From assembly GCA_022848865.1 (NCBI GenBank), contig JAJISE010000001.1, forward strand, positions 49,036 to 113,035: DNA of 64,000 bases, in the 5' to 3' direction. This document shows positions 57,779-64,000 of this stretch, piece by piece (position 1 is the stretch's first letter; each line of letters starts with the position of its first letter). The notes beneath the pieces are model-generated. The model had not been told where the DNA came from. It saw only the letters and a list, made by a program, of their open reading frames with translations, and did not search any database. The translations under genes were made by a program, and so were the position numbers. The stretch comes from Thermoplasmatota archaeon. Lineage in GTDB: Archaea; Thermoplasmatota; Thermoplasmata; RBG-16-68-12; JAGMCJ01.

Positions 57779-58192
57779 ATGAAGAAGAAGGTTCTACTGG
57801 CGGCCAGCATCACCGTGGCACTCATCGCCGGTGGTGCTGGGGCATACTACGTGAGCGAGCTACTCGCAGACGAGACCTCGACAATCATCTTCGAGTATGA
57901 CGGAACGGTAGGTGGATCTGGAACGTTTCTGGGCGAGTTTCAGGCATACAGGGATATGGAGATATCCTGGAATTCGACGCCGCACATAGAGGTCCGAGTC
58001 CGATGGGTCTCAGATGGTGAGACAGTCTGGTGGGGAAGCGGAAGAGACAACACGGATCCCCGTGCAGCCAACAATACCATTCAGATAAACCACGCGGATG
58101 AAGGACGCCTTCTCGAGGTCTGGACGCGTCAATATGGTCTTGAAGAGGGAGAACGGTTTAGCGTGCATCTCGTAGTCCGGGCCATCGGATGA
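57779..58192 (+). CDS. Small secreted/membrane-anchored hypothetical protein
   Basis: MKKK plus hydrophobic helix, beta-rich body; SD AGGGAG. Confidence 0.65.
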   Translation: MKKKVLLAASITVALIAGGAGAYYVSELLADETSTIIFEYDGTVGGSGTFLGEFQAYRDMEISWNSTPHIEVRVRWVSDGETVWWGSGRDNTDPRAANNTIQINHADEGRLLEVWTRQYGLEEGERFSVHLVVRAIG

Positions 58193-58228
58193 GCTGGAAG
58201 TGATTATAAGATTCCCCAAGGCTGAATG

Positions 58229-58495
58229 TCAACTGCTCAGAACCTCGCTCAGCAGCTTGTTGCTAGAGGCGAGTGTCAGTTTTGTGTTGCACGTTGCCGG
58301 AGAGAAGGCGAACTCGACCTCCGTGATCGTGTAGTCCCCTGAGAGGCCATACTGGGCGTTGTCGAGACTCACGAACTCGCCCACGGTGAATATGCCCCGG
58401 GGGATTCCGGATCGCCACAGCCACGGCGAAAACGGGCCCTCGGTGCAACGCCACGTATGTCTGGGCCCGCCTGAGCAGGACGTCCCTGTTCGTTG
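58229..58495 (-). pseudogene. Remnant resembling the C-terminus of a phage tail-hub/baseplate protein
   Basis: TTNRDVLLRRAQTYVALHRGPVFAVAV / FTVGEFVSLDNAQYGLSGDYTITEVEF...TKLTL; one frameshift. Confidence 0.4.
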
Positions 58496-58924
58496 TCGGG
58501 AGCGAACACTGGCGACCTCTGCGACAACTGCAACAAGAAGGTCGTGGAGCTCTGCGAGATGCTGAGGGGGGGAATTTTCTGCCGTTCCGAGAAGCGAATA
58601 TGGGTCATCGCCAACGAAGTGATGCTGGACGCTGTCCCCGTGGTCCGAGAGAAGGTTGCTGAGGGTGCGGATTTCAAGCTCGTAATCGACCAGACCTTCA
58701 AGGCTCCTCCGTCGTTCGAGCCCTCCTTACCTGAGCTTTGGCGGCAGGTGCCAAGAATCCCCGTTGCCACGGCGGTTACGGAGAAGGAAGGGATGGTCTG
58801 CTTCCTCGATCGCGAGCTAATGGTGGATTACACCGTCGCGTTCACGTCTGATGAGCCACCGTTCTTGAAGCGGTGCGAGAACCTCGTTGACAACCTTTGG
58901 AAAGAAGGCGTCCCGCTTCAATGA
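58493..58924 (+). pseudogene. N-terminally truncated DUF1724/FilR1-like regulator domain
   Basis: AVTEKE..VCF.....VDY...F.S....F...CE.L....W pattern without the wHTH. Confidence 0.5.
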
Positions 58925-59063
58925 TAGTACTCTCGAAACCGCTCGGCTAGAGGTCACGGGCGAACATGAATCCTTCATTCATAGGAGTGATGTTCCCCTG
59001 CAGAAGCGGGGAATAGTAAGGCATTATTAGGCAGATACGCAGATAGCCCAAGAGGTGCAGTCC

Positions 59064-59534
59064 ATGAACGAAGAGAAATCCACGGAGGAAGAGGGCCACA
59101 GGAAGTTCGCGGTTGACGCTTTCAACCTGGTCTGGGATCTTCTCGACAAGGAAGAGAGAACGGAGGGAGAGGATGACAAGATGGTTCATGCAGTTCATAC
59201 GTCTCGCTTCCACTGGGGCGAGATAGGAACGCCTCTGGAGTTCGAGAGAGGCGAGTGGCAGATCTCCCGGGTCTACTCGGTTCTGAACAAGCCAGAGTCA
59301 GCACTTCACCACGCAAAGAAGTGCTTGAGCATCTGCAAGGAGAGCGACATCGGAGACTTCGACATCGCCTTCGCGTATGAAGCCACGGCGAGAGCCAACG
59401 CCGTTGCGGGTGAGCAGGCCGAGGCTGAGAAGTACATCAAGTTGGGGAAGGAGGCTGGAGAGCAGATCGCCGAGAAGGGCAACAAGGACTACTTCTTCAG
59501 CGAACTGAAGACGATCCCTGGCTATCAGGAATGA
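59064..59534 (+). CDS. Conserved helical (TPR-like) hypothetical protein
   Basis: FN.VWDLLDK..RT, SRFHW, RGEWQISRVY, FAYEA.ARA. Confidence 0.78.
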   Translation: MNEEKSTEEEGHRKFAVDAFNLVWDLLDKEERTEGEDDKMVHAVHTSRFHWGEIGTPLEFERGEWQISRVYSVLNKPESALHHAKKCLSICKESDIGDFDIAFAYEATARANAVAGEQAEAEKYIKLGKEAGEQIAEKGNKDYFFSELKTIPGYQE

Positions 59535-59566
59535 CGCTCGTCAGGGAATCATCGGCAAGGGCCGCA

Positions 59567-59959
59567 CTACCTGGGCAACTCGAATAGCTGTATCCAGTTG
59601 CCATCAGGATCCTCGATGTATGCCCAGTTTGCGTCTGGCTCCTCGGCCACGTCCGAGACAGGCTCATGACCCTTCTTCTTGAGGTACTTGAGCGCCTTGT
59701 CCAGATTTCGGACTTCGAAGGTGAGATAGTCCAGCTCGTCCCCCTTCTTGAACGGCCCAGCCACCGGACTTCTGTCCGAATACCAATTGAGCGTCAGGAC
59801 ATGCCCGGTGCTTTCGCTCTGCAGGCCAGCGGTCTCGCCCTTGGTGAACGGAATCTCCGAGCGGCCCAAGAACTTCATACCCAGGACCTCCGTGTAGAAA
59901 CGGATCGAACGGTCGAGGTCCTGAACGCGAATTCCCGTGAACGAGAACATGAACTTCAT
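59567..59959 (-). CDS. VOC/glyoxalase family protein (lactoylglutathione lyase-like)
   Basis: IRVQDLDRSIRFY..VLG and YIEDPDGNWIQL; metal ligands appear substituted. Confidence 0.87.
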   Translation of the reverse strand: MKFMFSFTGIRVQDLDRSIRFYTEVLGMKFLGRSEIPFTKGETAGLQSESTGHVLTLNWYSDRSPVAGPFKKGDELDYLTFEVRNLDKALKYLKKKGHEPVSDVAEEPDANWAYIEDPDGNWIQLFELPR

Positions 59960-60117
59960 GGCCGACCGAATGGCTATGGATGATTAAGTCCTAACGATGG
60001 AACGGGAACCTTGTCCCGCCTCGCGATTGGCGATAATCGTCATTCCCATGCTTCAATCGGCCGTCTTTCTCAAATAACCTTTTAATAAGGTCACGGATTC
60101 ACACACGGGGGTAGGAC

Positions 60118-61296
60118 ATGGAAGAAGTTGTACTGGCAAGTGCAGTTCGGACAGCCGTCGGTAAGTTCGGCGGGACGCTGAAGGATATCAATGCGCCTCA
60201 ACTTGGCGGGTATGCAATCGCAGAGTCCATCAAGCGGGCAGGAATCGAGGGCAAGGACATCCAGGAAGTGATAATGGGCAACGTGGTCTCCGCGGGTCTC
60301 GGTCAGAATCCAGCAAGGAGGGCTATGATATTTGCGGGCCTTCCGTACGAGATTGGCGCCTTCACGATCAACAAGGTCTGCGGCTCGGGACTCAAGGCGG
60401 TGATGATCGCGGCGGACGCGATCAAGTCGGGGAGCTATGGCATCATCGTGGCCGGCGGAATGGAGAACATGAATCAATGCCCGTATCTGCTGACAAAAGC
60501 GAGGTACGGTTATCGCCTTTTCCACGGAGAGCTCGTCGACGCGATGGTCCACGACGGACTCTGGGACATCCACAACGACTTCCACATGGGATTGACAGGC
60601 GAGATAGTGGCCGAGAGGTTCAACATCACGCGCGAAGAAATGGACACGCTCGCATATGAGAGTCACTTGAAGGCCGCCAAAGCAACCGAGGAGGGCAGAT
60701 TCAAGGACGAGATTCTCCCGCTTGAGATTCCACAGAGGAAGGGGGACCCGATCACATTCGATAAGGACGAGGGCGTTCGTCCCAATACAACACGTGAGAG
60801 GCTCGCCAAGCTCAAGCCAGCGTTCAAGAAAGATGGGATGATTACGGCAGGAAACGCATCACAGATCAGCGACGGCGCATCAGCCCTTGTCGTCATGGCG
60901 AAGAGCGAGGCTGAGAAGAGAGGCGTCGAGCCTCTCGCGAAAGTTGTCGCATACAACACGAGCGGCGTGGAACCAAAGCATGTCATGTCCGCACCGATTC
61001 CCTCTGTGAAGGCACTGCTCAAGGACAATGGCTTCATAATTGATGACATCGACATCTTCGAGCACAATGAGGCATTCGCGTCCGCGAGCGTGGCCGTGAG
61101 GAGGGAGATAGGAGTTCCTGACGAGAAGTTCAATGTCAATGGCGGTGCCGTCGCTCTCGGACATCCGATCGGGTGCAGTGGTGCGCGGGTCCTCACGACA
61201 CTTCTCTACGCGATGAAGGACAGAAATGCGGGAAGGGGACTGGCCACCCTGTGCCTCGGAGGCGGGAACGCGGTCAGCATGATTGTGGAGATGTGA
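60118..61296 (+). CDS. Acetyl-CoA C-acetyltransferase (thiolase)
   Basis: [37 protein letters not shown]. Confidence 0.95.
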   Translation: MEEVVLASAVRTAVGKFGGTLKDINAPQLGGYAIAESIKRAGIEGKDIQEVIMGNVVSAGLGQNPARRAMIFAGLPYEIGAFTINKVCGSGLKAVMIAADAIKSGSYGIIVAGGMENMNQCPYLLTKARYGYRLFHGELVDAMVHDGLWDIHNDFHMGLTGEIVAERFNITREEMDTLAYESHLKAAKATEEGRFKDEILPLEIPQRKGDPITFDKDEGVRPNTTRERLAKLKPAFKKDGMITAGNASQISDGASALVVMAKSEAEKRGVEPLAKVVAYNTSGVEPKHVMSAPIPSVKALLKDNGFIIDDIDIFEHNEAFASASVAVRREIGVPDEKFNVNGGAVALGHPIGCSGARVLTTLLYAMKDRNAGRGLATLCLGGGNAVSMIVEM

Positions 61297-61298
61297 TC

Positions 61299-62147
61299 AT
61301 GGAAATCAAGCGGATTGGCGTCCTCGGTGCCGGCACCATGGGGAACGGAATCGCCCAAGTAGCCGCGCAGAGCGGCCACGAGGTTGTCATGCGGGACATC
61401 GAGCAGAGGTTCATCGACGGCGGGATGGAGAGCATCAGGAAGAACCTCTCTAGGGGTGTGAAGAAGGGCAGAATCACCGAAGAGCAGATGGAGACAACTC
61501 TGTCCAGAATCAAGCCGACGTTGGATATGGGGGACCTGAGCGGGTCAGACCTGGTCATCGAGGCGGTCATCGAAGACGCGGAACTGAAGAAGAGCGCGTT
61601 CAGGGAGATTGACGAACTCTGTGGGGATCATGTCATCATCGCAACGAACACCTCGAGCATATCAATCACTGATCTCGCATCGGCGATGGAGAGGCCTGAG
61701 AAGTTCATCGGAATGCACTTCATGAACCCTGTGCCTCTTATGAAGCTCGTGGAGGTCATAAGGGGGCTCCAGACAAGCGATGAGACAACGAGTGTGATAT
61801 TGGACCTTGCGGAGAAGATGGGAAAGACGCCCGTGGAAGTGAACGACTACCCAGGTTTCATCTCGAACAGGCTGCTCATGCCGATGATAAACGAGGCCGC
61901 CTTCTGTTTGATGGAGGGAGTGGCGACGAGGGAGAGCATAGACACAGTGATGAAGCTGGGCATGAATCACCCAATGGGGCCGCTCGAACTCGCTGATTTG
62001 ATCGGCTTGGATGTGTGTCTCTTCATCATGGAAGTCCTGTACAACGACTTCAACGACTCGAAGTACAGGCCCTGCCCGCTCCTGAAGAAGATGGTGAGGG
62101 CTGGATATCTGGGCAGAAAAACGAAGAGAGGCTTCTACGATTACTGA
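61299..62147 (+). CDS. hbd: 3-hydroxybutyryl-CoA dehydrogenase
   Basis: GAGTMG.GIA, TNTSS, GMHFMNP, PMGP.EL.D.IGLD. Confidence 0.93.
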   Translation: MEIKRIGVLGAGTMGNGIAQVAAQSGHEVVMRDIEQRFIDGGMESIRKNLSRGVKKGRITEEQMETTLSRIKPTLDMGDLSGSDLVIEAVIEDAELKKSAFREIDELCGDHVIIATNTSSISITDLASAMERPEKFIGMHFMNPVPLMKLVEVIRGLQTSDETTSVILDLAEKMGKTPVEVNDYPGFISNRLLMPMINEAAFCLMEGVATRESIDTVMKLGMNHPMGPLELADLIGLDVCLFIMEVLYNDFNDSKYRPCPLLKKMVRAGYLGRKTKRGFYDY

Positions 62148-64000
62148 TCCGGTATGCGGTCCTCTTCGGCGTCGATATCATCCGGCTCTGAGATTTCTGG
62201 CGGCGGCTCTGGCGGCGGCTCCACATAGGCAAAGTCCGCAGCGCCAGGCCACGTCTGGGCTCTCCTCTTTCTCCACCAGAGGAGCATGACGAGGACCACG
62301 ACGAGAATCACAATCAGGAGGATCATCCACCATAGGTCGAAGAGGGTCAGAGTGTGCGTCAAGGTCACGTTCAGCTCTCTTACCTGATTGGGCTCCAGAT
62401 CCACCGTTCTCGTCGCACCGTTGAGTCCTTCCTTCGAGAACCTGACGGTGTAGCTTCCCGCAGGTATGTCCTCGAAGATGTACGAGCCATTGGAGGACGT
62501 ATGGACACTCATATCCAATGCCTGGATAGTGATGACTACGTCACGGAGGTCGACCCCGTTCTCGTCCCTCACCGTTCCGCGTATGGTGCCCGAACCGACA
62601 TCGGTTGTGAAGCTCCAGCTGTGGTCGCTCGTCATATGATTGCTGGACCGGTCCATAGCGGACTGCGTTATGGTGACAGTGTAGTTCGCCCCGTAGCGAA
62701 GGTCGGAGTCGGGAATGAACGTCACCTCCTCGCCATTCCAGACGAAGATGCCGTCCCCCTCCTGCCATACCGTTGTCCCGTCGGTGAAGTGGAAGGCGCT
62801 CTGCACGGAGCTCTCGTCCATAAGCTCGCTGAACCCGATGACTATGTTCTCCGTCACTGGAACGCTGGACCCTGTGGGAGACTCGTCCACCACGGTCGGA
62901 GGAATGTTGTCAGGAATAATCTCCGTTGTGAAGCTCAGGCTGTAGTCATCGCCCCCGACGCCGTTACGGTCACCGTCGAGCGAGATTCCAGAGGCGTCGG
63001 TTGCCACCGATGCATCGAGCGTGACAGTGTACGTTCTTCCGTAGTAGAGGCTCATCGTGGGTTTGAACGTGAACTTGTCCTTTCCCATGTTCCACGTGAC
63101 GTTGCCATCGGACTTGTCCCACGTTGTGGTGGAGTCCGTGTAGCTGAACGAATTGTTGACGGAATCCATATCCATGTTCTCGTTGAACCTCATCTCGATT
63201 TCCGTATTGATATCCACATCGGTCTGCCCAGATTGCGGGATGTTCCCGATGACCTGTGGCGGGTCGTCGTCCACGGGCTCCGTCGTGAAGTTCCAGATGA
63301 AGTCCACGCCGCCCGAGAGATACGAGCCACAGTTGTCTTTGGCCACCGTACCGTTGATCGTGACGTTGTAGTCCGTGCTCGTGTTGAAGTTATCGAACGG
63401 ATTGAAAATCATCGTGTCGGAGATGTGATTGGTTGAATTCCACACGATTTCACCGTGGGACCTGTTCCAGATGTCGATTCCGTCCGTGTAGGAGAACGCG
63501 GTGGCGACCGAACTCTTGTCCATCGGTCTGTCGAATGTCACGATGATGTTGGAGGAGACAGAGACAAACGGCTCCCCGTCTGAGGGGCGCGTGTGGTTGA
63601 CGACAGGTGGTGGCCCTAGCTCGGTCGTGAAGTTCCACAGGAAATCTGGCCCGCTATTCCCGTCGTTGTCCCCGTCGAGGTACTGCCCAGTCTCGTCCTT
63701 CGCGGTCGAGGAAAGTAGCGTCACGTTGTACTGCGTGCAGCAGGCATACGGCTCATCAGGCGTGAAGACGAACGAGACGTTCGTGGGCCAGGTGAAACTC
63801 CCGTGCATCGAGTCTCTCTTGATTTTCCCATCCTTGTAGCTCAGCGACTCCTCAACCGATGTCGTATTCATCAGTTTGCTGAACGTGACGTCAATGGCGG
63901 TGCCCACCGGTATGCCGCCGCCTTCCGGGCTCCAGGCAGTGACAATCGGCGGCTCGGACGGACCCATCGCGATGAACGTCTCAGTGTGCGACGAGTCCAT
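62141..64000 (-). CDS. Surface protein with tandem Big_5 Ig-like domains and C-terminal TM (5'-truncated)
   Basis: Four F(S/D/N)..M(D/N)..SV..AF/SF repeats, carboxypeptidase-regulatory-like domain, TM followed by RKRR. Confidence 0.82.
   Translation of the reverse strand: MDSSHTETFIAMGPSEPPIVTAWSPEGGGIPVGTAIDVTFSKLMNTTSVEESLSYKDGKIKRDSMHGSFTWPTNVSFVFTPDEPYACCTQYNVTLLSSTAKDETGQYLDGDNDGNSGPDFLWNFTTELGPPPVVNHTRPSDGEPFVSVSSNIIVTFDRPMDKSSVATAFSYTDGIDIWNRSHGEIVWNSTNHISDTMIFNPFDNFNTSTDYNVTINGTVAKDNCGSYLSGGVDFIWNFTTEPVDDDPPQVIGNIPQSGQTDVDINTEIEMRFNENMDMDSVNNSFSYTDSTTTWDKSDGNVTWNMGKDKFTFKPTMSLYYGRTYTVTLDASVATDASGISLDGDRNGVGGDDYSLSFTTEIIPDNIPPTVVDESPTGSSVPVTENIVIGFSELMDESSVQSAFHFTDGTTVWQEGDGIFVWNGEEVTFIPDSDLRYGANYTVTITQSAMDRSSNHMTSDHSWSFTTDVGSGTIRGTVRDENGVDLRDVVITIQALDMSVHTSSNGSYIFEDIPAGSYTVRFSKEGLNGATRTVDLEPNQVRELNVTLTHTLTLFDLWWMILLIVILVVVLVMLLWWRKRRAQTWPGAADFAYVEPPPEPPPEISEPDDIDAEEDRIPDQ

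Larger units (their letters stand above)
50368..58924. mobile_element. Decayed genomic/defence island with proviral remnants
   Basis: Visibly more AT-rich over much of its length; Schlafen/AlbA_2, R-M pair, extra nucleases, and integrase-, ATPase- and tail-like fragments. No att sites found; borders approximate. Confidence 0.55.

Overview
Archaeal chromosomal segment, most likely Thermoplasmatota. This is inferred from gene content: TFB, Cdc6/Orc1, PolD DP1, alpha2 tRNA-splicing endonuclease, type II GAPDH, S17e, Rpp21, a CoaD-YjjX fusion and many PKD/Ig surface proteins. About 60 real CDS are present; most long antisense or shifted ORFs in the track are shadow ORFs of GC-rich coding DNA. I saw no tRNA, rRNA or CRISPR array. 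Bases 1-50.2 kb are mostly housekeeping and cell-surface genes. Bases ~50.3-58.9 kb form an accessory island holding a Schlafen/AlbA_2 gene, a wHTH-MTase-REase locus, extra PD-(D/E)XK nucleases and unannotated remnants resembling an integrase, a P-loop ATPase and a phage tail-hub protein. Most notable: (i) a non-coding array of 18-21 phase-locked, drifting 11-bp units upstream of gap; (ii) a near-canonical ORB box between the island wHTH and MTase genes, far from cdc6; (iii) a minimal wHTH-STAND regulator divergent from a 1284-aa pilin/FG-GAP adhesin, with TGGT-N-ACCA palindromes between them; (iv) a domain-permuted DsbD-like protein. All family calls come from motif recognition by eye; no searches were run.
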